From contig CAWGKL010000006.1 in NCBI GenBank assembly GCA_963823205.1, forward strand, positions 3,072 through 67,071: DNA of 64,000 bases, given 5' to 3'. Under the pieces are notes generated by a model that worked only from the letters and a program-made list of their open reading frames with translations, made no database searches and was not told where the DNA came from. This DNA is from Terriglobia bacterium (lineage in GTDB: Bacteria > Acidobacteriota > Terriglobia > Acidiferrales > UBA7541). Positions 17,169 through 26,876 of the stretch are shown piece after piece. Numbering within the stretch: the first letter of the stretch is position 1; every line of letters begins with the position of its first letter. Position numbers and translations under genes: made by a program.

Positions 17169-17633
17169 CTAATGCGCGGATAGCTTTTCAATTTTCTCCC
17201 GGACTTTGGCCGCGTCCGGAGCCTTGGGGTACACCTGGAGATACTCCTTCAGATATTTCACGGCGGTTTCGTTCTCGTGCTTCTTCTCGTAGGCCTCGGC
17301 GAGAAGCAGGCGAGGCTTGCCGAAATCGGGCCGCAGCTTGATGGCGTCCTCAAAGCGGGGAATGGCCGCATCCACGTCGCCCTTATGCATATAGAACGTG
17401 CCCACATCCACGTCCTCTTGCGCGTGAAAGGGATCATAGTTGGGCGCGTTCTGCTGGGACGACGGCTGCCAGGAAGACGATGAGGAGGACGACGATTCGC
17501 CCGGCGACGCCTTTTGGCCGGGCGGCGGCTGCGGCGGGTTCCCTCGCTGTGCGGGCCGGGCCGGCGGGGCGCCAAGCAGGCCCGCCATGGCGGGCAGGCC
17601 CAGCAGAACGGATGCTAAAATAGATAGCCGCAT
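17169..17633 (-). CDS. secreted TPR-like protein with Pro/Ser-rich linker
   Basis: The signal peptide starts at the internal Met (MRLSILASVLLGLPAMAGLLG). The TPR-like C-terminus is GTFYMHKGDVDAAIPRFEDAIKLRPDFGKPRLLLAEAYEKKHENETAVKYLKEYLQVYPKAPDA. Confidence 0.7.
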   Translation of the reverse strand: MRLSILASVLLGLPAMAGLLGAPPARPAQRGNPPQPPPGQKASPGESSSSSSSSWQPSSQQNAPNYDPFHAQEDVDVGTFYMHKGDVDAAIPRFEDAIKLRPDFGKPRLLLAEAYEKKHENETAVKYLKEYLQVYPKAPDAAKVREKIEKLSAH

Positions 17634-17739
17634 GGGTTTTCGATTCCCGTTTCGGCTGCCTTTGCGATCCTGAAAGTAATGTCTCATCGAGTCCCGGGTC
17701 CGCGGGAGCGCGGGCCCGATCCATTGTAGCGCGCCGCAA

Positions 17740-19573
17740 ATGGAACTTCTCGAAAAAGCCGCGCAATTGCCCTTGCAGCCCGGGGTGTACCTCTTCGAGG
17801 ACGCCGCCGGGAAAATTCTCTACGTGGGCAAGGCGCGGTCGCTGCGCGCGCGCGTGAAATCCTATTTTCTCGAATCCAGGTGGCGCGACGCGAAGACGGG
17901 CTCGCTCGTGCGCGAGATCGCCGATCTCCGACTACATCGTCGTCGACAACGAGAAGGAATCGCTCGCGCTTGAAAACAATCTGATCAAGCAGCACAAGCC
18001 GAAATTCAATGTCCTGCTGCGCGACGATAAGACCTATCCCTACATCCGCTACACGGCCTTCGAAAAATATCCGCGCGTCTATGTGACGCGGCGGCTCAAA
18101 AAGGACGGCTCGATCTATTTCGGCCCCTACTTCCCCGCGAGCCTCGCGTACCGCCTGGTCCATTTGATTCACAAGCATTTTCTGGTCCCCTCGTGCACGG
18201 TGGACCTCACGCGCCGCCATCCGCGCCCCTGCCTGCAATATTACATTCACCGCTGCCTGGGGCCGTGCGCCGAAGGGCTGGTCACGGACGACCGCTACGC
18301 GGAAGCCGCGCGCGACGTCCGGATGTTCCTCGAAGGGCGCCGGAGCGATCTGGCGCGCAGCTTGCGCGAGCGCATGGAAAAAGCCTCCAGCGAGCAGAAC
18401 TACGAGGAAGCCGTGGGCTATCGCGATCTCCTGCGCACCATCGCCGAAATGGAAGAGCGCCAGAAAATCGCCGCGGCGGAAGGCGACGATACGGACGTGC
18501 TCGCCTGGTACGCCGAGCCCCCACAGGTGGCCGCCAATCTTTTCCACTTGCGCGGCGGGCGCGTGGTGGACCGCCGCGATTTTTACTGGGAGGAGATCGA
18601 GGAATTCGATCCCGCGGAATTTCTGCCGTCGCTTCTGAAGCAGCTCTATCTGGATGCCGGCTATCTGCCGCGCTACATCCACACGCCCATGGATTTCGAC
18701 GAACGCGAGCTGCTGGAAGACATTCCTCGGCGAGAAGGCGGGGCACAGGGTGGAAATCCTCGCGCCGCAGCGCGGCCCGAAGCACGCATTCCTGGAACTC
18801 GTGGAGCGCAATGCAAGGCACTCCTTCGTGCAGCGGTTCCGCGTGCTGCGGCCCAGCTCCAAAGCCATCGCGGAGGCGCTCGAATCCGCGCTCGGCCTCC
18901 CCGAGCCGCCGCGCGAATCGAGAGCTTCGATATTTCGCACATCCAGGGCTCGGACACCGTCGCCTCCATGGTCGTCTGGGAAGACGGCCGCATGAAGAAA
19001 TCCGATTATCGCAAATTCATTATGCGCGGAGAGGCCCTCGCGGAGGGGCCGGAAAAATCCGCCGGCCTGCTGCGCGACGATTTCGCCAGCATGCGCGAAG
19101 CCGTCGAGCGCCGCTACCGCCGCCTGCGCGACGAAAAAAAGCCCCTGCCGAGCCTCATCCTGATTGACGGCGGCCTCGGCCAACTGCACGCGGCGGCGCA
19201 AGCGCTCGAAAAGCTCGAAATCATCAACCAGCCGGTCGCCAGCATCGCCAAGAAGGAAGAAATTCTCTACGTCCTCGGCCGCGAGGATGAGCCGGTGGCG
19301 CTCGATGCGCATTCTCCTGTGCTGCACCTCATCCAGCAGATTCGCGACGAGACGCACCGCTTCGCCGTCACGTTCCACCGCCAGCGGCGGTCGAGCCGGC
19401 GGCTGCGCTCGTCGCTCGTGGAAATTCCCGGCGTGGGCGAACGCACGGCGCAAAAACTCCTGCGCCGCTTCGGCAGCGTGGCGCGCCTGCGGGCGCTGAG
19501 CGTCGAGGAATTGGCGGCGGAGCTGCCCCGCGCCCGGGCGCGGCTCGTTTACGACGCTTTGCGCGGCGGGTGA
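17740..19573 (+). CDS. uvrC: excinuclease ABC subunit C, three frame disruptions (about 17929, 18725, 18913)
   Basis: The GIY-YIG N-terminus is [34 protein letters not shown]. It continues in other frames as [38 protein letters not shown], then ...[30 protein letters not shown]..., then [25 protein letters not shown]...[19 protein letters not shown]...[18 protein letters not shown]. Confidence 0.9.
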
Positions 19574-19600
19574 TAAGGGAAAGGGGATATAATAGGCATT

Positions 19601-19894
19601 ATGGCGAAGGATGTGATCCACGTTTCGGACAAAGAAGCCGCCAGCGATTTCGCTTCGTTGCTGGCTCGCGTGCGCGAGGGCGCCGAAGTCGTCATTGAAC
19701 ACGACGCGCGGCCGGTGGCCGTGGTGCGTCCGGCGGAGGCATTTCGTGGACGCCTTCTTTCGGAATCCATCGCTTTAGCGGAAGCGCATGCAAAGGAATT
19801 GGGTTACGAGCCTACGATGGACCCGGATTTCGCCGCCGACCTAAGAGAGATCATAAACAGCCGTAAGCCGCGTAACCTCTCGGCATGGGAATAA
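19601..19894 (+). CDS. type II antitoxin (Phd/YefM-like) of the adjacent VapC
   Basis: 97 aa. It overlaps the PIN gene by 10 nt. The N-terminus is ...FASLLARVREGAEVVIEHDARPVAVVRP. Confidence 0.75.
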   Translation: MAKDVIHVSDKEAASDFASLLARVREGAEVVIEHDARPVAVVRPAEAFRGRLLSESIALAEAHAKELGYEPTMDPDFAADLREIINSRKPRNLSAWE

Positions 19895-20298
19895 TCCTCG
19901 ACTCCAGCATTCTCATCGCGGCAGAGCGCGGCGGCGAGGGTGTGCGGCAAATCCTCAAACGCGTGCGTGTTGCGCATGGCGAGACCGAAGCGGGACTCTC
20001 CGCCGTCACCATCGTTGAGCTGACACATGGCATCTATCGAGCCAAAAACGATGCGGACCGCGAACGGCGCCGGTTATTCACCGATGAGCTCTGCCGCGAC
20101 GTGGTGGTCCATCCCGTGACGCTCGAAGTTGCTCAACTTGCCGGGAAGATTGAGGGCGAGCAGGCTTCACACGGCGTAAGCATCGCGTTCGAAGACCTCC
20201 TAATCGGTGCGACCGCATTGCATCTGGCCTATGTGGTAGCTACTCTCAATGTTCGGCACTTTCGATTGATTCCCGGCCTTTCCGTCGTTCAACTCTAA
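19885..20298 (+). CDS. vapC: PIN-domain toxin VapC
   Basis: MGIILDSSILIAAERG...AVTIVELTHG...FEDLLIGATAL...LNVRHFRLIPGL shows the PIN acidic residues. Confidence 0.85.
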   Translation: MGIILDSSILIAAERGGEGVRQILKRVRVAHGETEAGLSAVTIVELTHGIYRAKNDADRERRRLFTDELCRDVVVHPVTLEVAQLAGKIEGEQASHGVSIAFEDLLIGATALHLAYVVATLNVRHFRLIPGLSVVQL

Positions 20299-20358
20299 CT
20301 GGAAGTAAGCGGTCAACCGGTGAGCCGCCGCAAACTTTGACTTGAAAAAACTCTCCAA

Positions 20359-21150
20359 GTGAGTACGCTAAGTTCGCGGGACGGTGAACCGATGGCGGAA
20401 ACTTCGGCGGCAAACGCGGCGGGCCATTTCGGCGGTACCCAGCGGCGCGATGCGTGGTGGCTCGAAAACGTGCCCTTCATCGTGGTGCTGGGCGCGTTTG
20501 CCATTTACACCACGTGGCGCGCTCTCGAAGGAAAATTCTACTGGGCCGACCCGTATCTCTCGCCATTCTATTCCCCGCTGATTGACCCCCATCACCACTG
20601 GTGGCCGTTTTCCCCGGCGATTCTGATTCTCGCGGGGCCGCTGGGCTTTCGCCTCACCTGCTACTACTACCGCAAGGCATATTACCGCGCCTTTTTCGCC
20701 GATCCGCCGGCGTGCGCGGTGGGCGAACCAAGCGGCAGAAAATATCGCGGCGAGACGGTCTTTCCGTTCATCCTCCAAAACGTCCATCGCTATTTCTTCT
20801 ACATCGCGGTCGTGTTTGTCGCCTTCCTCTGGTACGACGCGATTGTGGCCTTCGATTTCCACGGAAAATTCGGCATCGGCGTGGGCTCGCTCGTGATGCT
20901 CGTCAACGTCATTCTTCTCACGATTTACACCTTCTCCTGCCATTCCCTGCGCCACCTCATCGGCGGAAAGCTCGATTGCTTCTCCTGCTCGACGCTGGGG
21001 CCGCCGCGCCGTTCCGCGTGGCAATTGGTCACCACGCTCAATGAGGACCACATGCTCTGGGCTTGGGCGAGCATGATCTCCGTGGGGCTTACCGACCTCT
21101 ACATCCGCCTGGTAGCTTCGGGCGCCCTGAAGGATATCCGGCTGCTGTGA
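20359..21150 (+). CDS. sdhC: succinate dehydrogenase/fumarate reductase membrane (cytochrome b-type) subunit
   Basis: 5-TM protein immediately upstream of, and overlapping, sdhA. His-containing helices are present (NVHRYFFY, SCHSLRHLIGG). The start is uncertain (alternative Met at 20392). Confidence 0.7.
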   Translation: MSTLSSRDGEPMAETSAANAAGHFGGTQRRDAWWLENVPFIVVLGAFAIYTTWRALEGKFYWADPYLSPFYSPLIDPHHHWWPFSPAILILAGPLGFRLTCYYYRKAYYRAFFADPPACAVGEPSGRKYRGETVFPFILQNVHRYFFYIAVVFVAFLWYDAIVAFDFHGKFGIGVGSLVMLVNVILLTIYTFSCHSLRHLIGGKLDCFSCSTLGPPRRSAWQLVTTLNEDHMLWAWASMISVGLTDLYIRLVASGALKDIRLL

Positions 21151-22866
21151 CTCCCAAACACGAAACGCACGAGTACGACGTCCTCATCATCGGCGCGGGC
21201 GGCGCCGGCCTGCGCGCCGCCATCGAAGCTCTCGCGCAAGGCGCGCGCATCGGCGTGGTCTGCAAGTCCCTGCTCGGCAAGGCGCACACGGTGATGGCCG
21301 AAGGCGGCGTCGCCGCGGCCATGGCCAACGTGGACAAGGCGGACGACTGGCGCACGCATTTCCGCGACACCATGCGCGGCGGAAAATTTCTCAACAACTG
21401 GCGCATGGCGCAGCTCCACGCCCAGGAAGCCCCGGACCGCGTCCGCGAACTCGAGCACTGGGGCGCGCTCTTCGATCGCACCGAGAGCGGCGAAATCCTC
21501 CAGCGCGCCTTCGGCGGCCACACCTTCAAGCGCCTCTGCCACGTGGGCGACCGCACGGGCCTCGAAATGATCCGCACGCTGCAGGATCGCGGCGTGCAGA
21601 TGGGCTTCGACGTTTTCATGGAATGCACCATCACGCGCCTCGTCACCGACGGCGGCCGAATCGCGGGCGCCTTCGGCTACTGGCGCGAAAGCGGACGCTT
21701 CGTCACGTTCCGGGCGAAATCCATCGTCATCGCCACGGGCGGCATCGGAAAATCCTGGAAAATCACCTCGAACTCCTGGGAGTGCACCGGCGACGGCATG
21801 GCCCTGGCCTACGACGCGGGCGCCGAGCTCCAGGATATGGAGTTCGTGCAGTTTCATCCCACGGGAATGGTGTGGCCGCCGGGCGTGCAGGGCATTCTCG
21901 TCACCGAAGCGGTGCGCGGCGAAGGCGGCATCCTGCGCAACAAAAATGGCGAGCGCTTCATGGAGAAGTACGATCCCAAGCGCATGGAGCTTTCCACGCG
22001 CGACGTGGTGGCGCGCTCGATTTACACCGAGGTGCGCGAAGGCCGCGGCACCGAGCACGGCGGCGCGTTTCTCGATATCTCCCACAAGCCCGCCGAATAC
22101 GTCAAGAAAAAGCTGCCCAGCATGTACCACCAGTTCAAGGAACTGGCGGACGTGGACATCACCAAGGGGCCCATGGAAGTCGGCCCCACGTGCCACTACA
22201 TGATGGGCGGCATTCGCGTCGAGGCGGACAACGGGACAGTCCTCGATTCCCGGCCTCTTCGCCGCCGGCGAAGCAGCCGCCGGCCTGCATGGCGCGAACC
22301 GCCTGGGAGGCAATTCCCTTTCGGACCTGTTGGTTTTCGGCCGCCGCGCCGGCCTGGCCGCCGCGGAGTACGCCAAAAATACCGCCGCGCCCGCGCTCGA
22401 CGCGGCGCAAATCGCGGAGGCCGAACGCGAGGTCCTCGCGCCCTTCGAGCGCGCCACGGGAGAGAATCCTTACGCGATCCAGCGCGATTTGCAGCAGACG
22501 ATGCAGAATCTCGTGGGCATTTTCCGCACTGAGGAGGATTTGCGCCGCGCGCTCGCCGAGCTCGATAAACTCAAGGCCCGCGCGGCAAATATCCGCGTGG
22601 AAGGCTCGCGGCTGTACAATCCGGGTTGGCACCTTTCGCATGAGTTGCAATCCATGCTGACCGTCTCCGAAGCCGTCACGCTCTCCGCGCTCGCCCGCCG
22701 CGAAAGCCGCGGCGCGCACAGCCGCCTGGATTTTCCGAAATTGGACGACGCATGGGGAAAAAAGAATAATGTAGTAGTGAAAAGAGACGGCGCCATGACG
22801 CTAACCGAAGTCCCCATTCCGGAATTGCCCCCGGATTTGAAAAAAATCCTGGCGGAAGATAAATAG
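21147..22866 (+). CDS. sdhA: succinate dehydrogenase/fumarate reductase flavoprotein subunit (1 frame disruption near 22230)
   Basis: [38 protein letters not shown] and [12 protein letters not shown] are followed, after the shift, by [38 protein letters not shown]. Confidence 0.93.
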
Positions 22867-22888
22867 AGTTTTTACTATTTCAAGTTGG

Positions 22889-23010
22889 AAGTTCGTTGCA
22901 AGGTTTTTAGGGGGTCGGAGCTTCAGCTCCGACATTAAGGCCCACCTCTTCCGGGGCTTTCGCGGTTCGTGCGTCCCGACGCTTTTTGTCGGGAAGCCCC
23001 TGAAGATCGG
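22889..23010. repeat. MITE/REP-like hairpin repeat in the sdhA-sdhB spacer (related inverted copy at 38126-38234)
   Basis: AAGTTCGTTGCAAGGTTTTTAGGGGGTCGGAGCTTCAGCTCCGACATTAAG is nearly identical to the reverse complement of 38183-38234. Confidence 0.8.
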
Positions 23011-23022
23011 CGGAGGATCGAG

Positions 23023-23756
23023 ATGGCGGAAGCAGTCCTGCGCGTGTTCCGGGGCGACGCGAACGGCGGCGCGACGGCCGACTATCGCGTGCCGCTCGTT
23101 CCCGGCATGGTGGTGCTCGACGCAGTCCACTCCATTCAGGCGCACCAGGCGCCCGATCTCGCCGTGCGCTGGAACTGCAAGGCCGGCAAATGCGGCTCGT
23201 GCTCCGCCGAAGTGAACGGCCGGCCGCGCCTGATGTGCAAGACGCGCATGGATTCCCTGCCCCCGGGCGAGCCCGTCACGATTTTCCCCATGAAGACCTT
23301 TCCGCTGATCAAGGATTTGGTCACCGACGTCACTTGGAATTACGAGGTCAACCAAAAGATCCCCCCGTTCACGCCGCGCCCGGCGTGGAATGGAAAATGT
23401 ACCAGAAGGACGTGGACCGCGTCCAGGAATTCCGCAAGTGCATCGAATGCTTCCTCTGCCAGAACGTCTGCCACGTCCTGCGCGAGCACGGCAAGGAGGC
23501 GCAGTTCGGCGGCCCGCGCTTTTTCGTGCGCGTGGCGGGCCTGGAAATGCACCCGCTCGATGGCGCCAACCGCATCAAAATGCTGAAAGACGAACTCGGC
23601 ATCGGGCTGTGCAACATCACCAAATGCTGCACCGAGGTCTGCCCCGAGGAAATTCACATCACCGATAATGCCATCATCCCGCTCAAGGAACGCGTCGTGG
23701 ACGAGTTTTACGATCCGCTGACGATGCTCTTCCGCAAAATTCGCGGCGCGCCTTGA
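23023..23756 (+). CDS. sdhB: succinate dehydrogenase/fumarate reductase iron-sulfur subunit (1 frame disruption, probably at the C6 run 23361-23366)
   Basis: VRWNCKAGKCGSCSAEVNGRPRLMC is the 2Fe-2S motif. After the shift come FRKCIECFLCQNVC and GLCNITKCCTEVCP. One extra C in the C6 run restores ...NQKIPPVHAAPGVEWKMYQKD. Confidence 0.9.
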
Positions 23757-23864
23757 AGCGCGCCGACGCCGATGCTAGACTCGATGCGGCTCAAGATTTA
23801 CGTTGGTGACAAATGAAATTCTTAACCAATTGGACGCCGCCCTTCCCAAATGCGGCGCTCGAGG

Positions 23865-24416
23865 ATGCCTCCCGTGGCTGACCACAAGCAGGACGAAACA
23901 TTCAAGGTAATCGACCGGCGGCCTTTCACCGAGGAAGGCGAGTTGCGCAAGGAGGCCGTCGAGCAAGAGCGGCGCGACGAGGAAGCGGCCGCGAAGAAGC
24001 CCGCGGCTCGTCCGCAATCCAATCCGCAAGCGAGATTCGGCGCACCGCCCCAGGCCGCCCCGCCAGCTCCCGCCGGCTCCTCCGGTCTCATCCTGGAGGA
24101 CGCCGGCCAAACGCCCGCGGGAGCCATCGAGCCCTCGCCCAATTTCCAAATGCTCATCGATTTTTTAATGCGCAACGCCGCGGCCATGCTCGGAGGGATG
24201 AACGACCCGCGCACGGGCCAGCCCATCGTGGACCTCGAGGGCGCCCGCGAAGTGATCAACATGCTGGACGCCCTGCGCGAAAAGACGCGCGGAAATATCG
24301 CCAAGTCCGATGGCGATTTGCTCGTCGAGGTGATCGGAGGCCTCAAACTCACGTTCATGGAGATTTCCAAGGCTGCCGCCGAGGCCATGGCGAAAAAGGC
24401 CGGCGCGAAAAAGTGA
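23865..24416 (+). CDS. DUF1844-like protein
   Basis: FKVIDRRPF...PNFQMLIDFLMRNAAAMLGGMNDPRTGQPIVDLEGAREVINMLDALREKTRGN matches my recollection of the DUF1844 pattern. Confidence 0.7.
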   Translation: MPPVADHKQDETFKVIDRRPFTEEGELRKEAVEQERRDEEAAAKKPAARPQSNPQARFGAPPQAAPPAPAGSSGLILEDAGQTPAGAIEPSPNFQMLIDFLMRNAAAMLGGMNDPRTGQPIVDLEGAREVINMLDALREKTRGNIAKSDGDLLVEVIGGLKLTFMEISKAAAEAMAKKAGAKK

Positions 24417-24472
24417 CGCTGCCGCATGGGGAGTTGGAGACCGAAACCGGGTAACATCCCTCCTTTGAACTC

Positions 24473-25246
24473 ATGTCTTCCTTGCAACTGACCGTTCTGG
24501 GATCGGGCACCTCCATGGGCGTGCCGACTCTCGGCTGCCGCTGCCCCGTCTGCCAATCTGCCGACCCGCGCGACAATCGCACTCGCCCCTCCGTCCTGCT
24601 CGCCTACGCCGGACGAAATGTGGTGATTGATACCACGCCCGACTTCCGCTTCCAGGCCCTGCGCGCGCGCATGGAGCGCCTCGACGCCGTGCTCTACACC
24701 CACGGCCACGCGGACCACGTCCTGGGCCTCGACGACATTCGCCCGTTCAACCTGAAACAAAATCAGGCCGTTGCCGTTTATGGAGCTCCCGAGACGCTCG
24801 CCATCTTGCGCAGACAATTCCCCTACATCTTCGACGGCGGACCCGTCGAGAGCACCCTGCCCAGCGTTGAGCTGCACCCCATTGACGGCCTGTTTGAACT
24901 CTTCGGCGCGAAAATCGTCCCCGTGCCCGCGCTCCACGGGCCGCAACCGGTGCTCGGATTCCGCTTCGGCGGGGCCGCCTATTTGACGGATTTTCTCCGC
25001 GTCCCGGAAGCCTCGAAGGCGCTGCTCGAAGGCCTCGACGATTTTATTCTGGACGCGCTGCGCTACCGGCCTCATCCCATGCATTCCAATATCGAGCAAT
25101 CGCTCGCCCTCGTCGCGGAATTGAAACCCCGGCGCGCCTGGTTCACCCACATCTGCCACGACCTGGGCCACGCGGAAACCGACGCCCGACTCCCCGATAA
25201 CGTGCGCCTCGCCTACGACAGCCTCCAATTCGAGGTGCGGCTCTGA
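24473..25246 (+). CDS. MBL-fold metallo-hydrolase (PhnP-like)
   Basis: LTVLGSGTSMGVPTLGCRCPVCQSADPRDNRTRPS...LYTHGHADH. Confidence 0.85.
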   Translation: MSSLQLTVLGSGTSMGVPTLGCRCPVCQSADPRDNRTRPSVLLAYAGRNVVIDTTPDFRFQALRARMERLDAVLYTHGHADHVLGLDDIRPFNLKQNQAVAVYGAPETLAILRRQFPYIFDGGPVESTLPSVELHPIDGLFELFGAKIVPVPALHGPQPVLGFRFGGAAYLTDFLRVPEASKALLEGLDDFILDALRYRPHPMHSNIEQSLALVAELKPRRAWFTHICHDLGHAETDARLPDNVRLAYDSLQFEVRL

Positions 25247-26196
25247 TGGAGTTCGTGAAATTGTATTCCGCCGAGCAATGGCCGGCGCGCTTCGGAAGCG
25301 CCCGCAAGCCGGCGGCTGTAACCATCGGCAATTTCGACGGCGTTCATCTGGGACACCAGAAAATCCTCCGCGACACGCGCGAATTGGCCGCGCGAACGCA
25401 AGCCATGGCCGTTGTGCTCACGTTTTATCCCCACCCCGCGCGTGTCCTGCGCCCCGCCCAGGCCCCCTTGCTGCTCATGACCCTCGATCAAAGGCTCGCC
25501 GCCATCAACAAAATCGGCCTCCATGCCGCGCTGGTTCTTCCCTTTGATGAAAGGCTCGCGAAAATGAGCGCGGAGGATTTCGTCCGGAAATTCCTAAAGG
25601 AGACGCTCGAGGCTTCCGCGGTGGTGATCGGAAATAATTTCCGCTTCGGGCGCGGTCAGCAGGGCGACGCGAAACTCCTCGATTGCATGGGCCTCGACGC
25701 CTATCCCTCCCCGCCCGTCGAAATGGATGGCCTCCCGGTATCGAGTTCCGCCATTCGCCTGGCCGTCGCCGAAGGGCGCATGGGGCCGGCGGCGCGCATG
25801 CTCGGCAGGCCCTTTTCTCTTGCCGGCGAAATCGTGCCCGGCACGGGGCAGGGACGCAAGCTCGTCGTCCCCACGCTGAATCTCAGCACCCAGCAGGAAT
25901 TGCTCCCCAAGCTCGGCGTCTATGTTACGGAGGCGATTGTCGGCGGAGAAACCTATCGTTCGGCCACGAATGTCGGCACGCGGCCCACGTTCGATGGCCA
26001 GCGTGTGGCCGTCGAATCTCACCTGCTCGATTTCAGCGGGGACCTCGCCGGAGGAGAATTGGAAATTCGTTTCCTCAAGCGCCTCCGCGACGAACAGAAA
26101 TTCCCAAGCCCGGAAGCCCTGCGCGAGCAAGTGCTCAACGATATAGAGCAGGCCCAGGAATTCTTCCGCGCTTCCAAGCCAGGTTTTTCTCAATAG
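25246..26196 (+). CDS. ribF: bifunctional riboflavin kinase / FMN adenylyltransferase
   Basis: AVTIGNFDGVHLGHQKIL...FRFGRGQQGD...VSSSAIR...GRKLVVPTLNL...YRSATNVGTRPTF...ESHLLDFSGDL. Confidence 0.93.
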   Translation: MEFVKLYSAEQWPARFGSARKPAAVTIGNFDGVHLGHQKILRDTRELAARTQAMAVVLTFYPHPARVLRPAQAPLLLMTLDQRLAAINKIGLHAALVLPFDERLAKMSAEDFVRKFLKETLEASAVVIGNNFRFGRGQQGDAKLLDCMGLDAYPSPPVEMDGLPVSSSAIRLAVAEGRMGPAARMLGRPFSLAGEIVPGTGQGRKLVVPTLNLSTQQELLPKLGVYVTEAIVGGETYRSATNVGTRPTFDGQRVAVESHLLDFSGDLAGGELEIRFLKRLRDEQKFPSPEALREQVLNDIEQAQEFFRASKPGFSQ

Positions 26197-26225
26197 AGGT
26201 GGATTAGCAAGCACAACAAAGGGGT

Positions 26226-26302
26226 TTCACGGTTCACGGTTCACGGTTCACGAGTCACAAGTCACGAATCACGGTTCACGATTCACGATTCACGATTCAC
26301 GC
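26226..26302. repeat. 11 tandem heptamers (TTCACGG / TTCACGA variants)
   Basis: ttcacgg x3, ttcacga, gtcacaa, gtcacga, atcacgg, ttcacga x3, ttcacgc. The last unit contains the stop codon of the Fur-family gene. Confidence 0.9.
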
Positions 26303-26785
26303 CTTCTGCCGACAATCCGCGCAAAGCCCGCCGACTTCGGTCCGCGTAATCGTGATCTCCATTCCGCAGTCGTGCGAAATCTGCCGTTTCAGCTCTTCGT
26401 AAAGCTCGCTTTCGAATTCGCGCACTTTTCCGCAGCGGATGCAGGCCACGTGGATGTGGTCGCGTGGGCCGTGGCTTTCGTAGTAATGGCGATGCCCGCG
26501 CAGGTGCAGCAGGTCCAGCTCGTCAATCAGGCCGTGGGTTTTCAGCATTTCGAGCGTGCGATACACGGTCACGCGCGTGATGTTGGAATCAATCTTCTGC
26601 GCGCGCTCCAGAATTTCTCCGGCGTCCAGGTGCCGCGGCGCGCCTTCCATCACCTGCAGCAGCACGCGGCGCTGGCGCGTCAGCCGAATGCCCCGCGCGC
26701 CCAGTTCGCGCTGCAGGCGCCCCGGCGCTTCGTGCACATTGATGCGCTCGCCCCTCGATACACGATGTGCGGGAGTTGCGGACAT
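26297..26785 (-). CDS. Fur-family metalloregulator
   Basis: RLTRQRRVLLQVMEGAPRHLDAGEILERAQKIDSNITRVTVYRTLEMLKTHGLI...HRHYYESHGPRDHIHVACIRCGKVREF...GGLCADC. Metal specificity cannot be told from the sequence. Confidence 0.88.
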   Translation of the reverse strand: MSATPAHRVSRGERINVHEAPGRLQRELGARGIRLTRQRRVLLQVMEGAPRHLDAGEILERAQKIDSNITRVTVYRTLEMLKTHGLIDELDLLHLRGHRHYYESHGPRDHIHVACIRCGKVREFESELYEELKRQISHDCGMEITITRTEVGGLCADCRQKA

Positions 26786-26876
26786 GGCCTTCCTCGCGCC
26801 CAGTATACCAAAAGTCGCGCGGTGGACGCCGCTCCGCGCGGGAGCGCGCCGCCCTGCCCGCCCCAAGGCGCTCTAG

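Noticed and set aside
26226-26302. Possible CRISPR array
   Set aside because: The units are contiguous 7-nt repeats without spacers, and no cas genes are present. It is a minisatellite.
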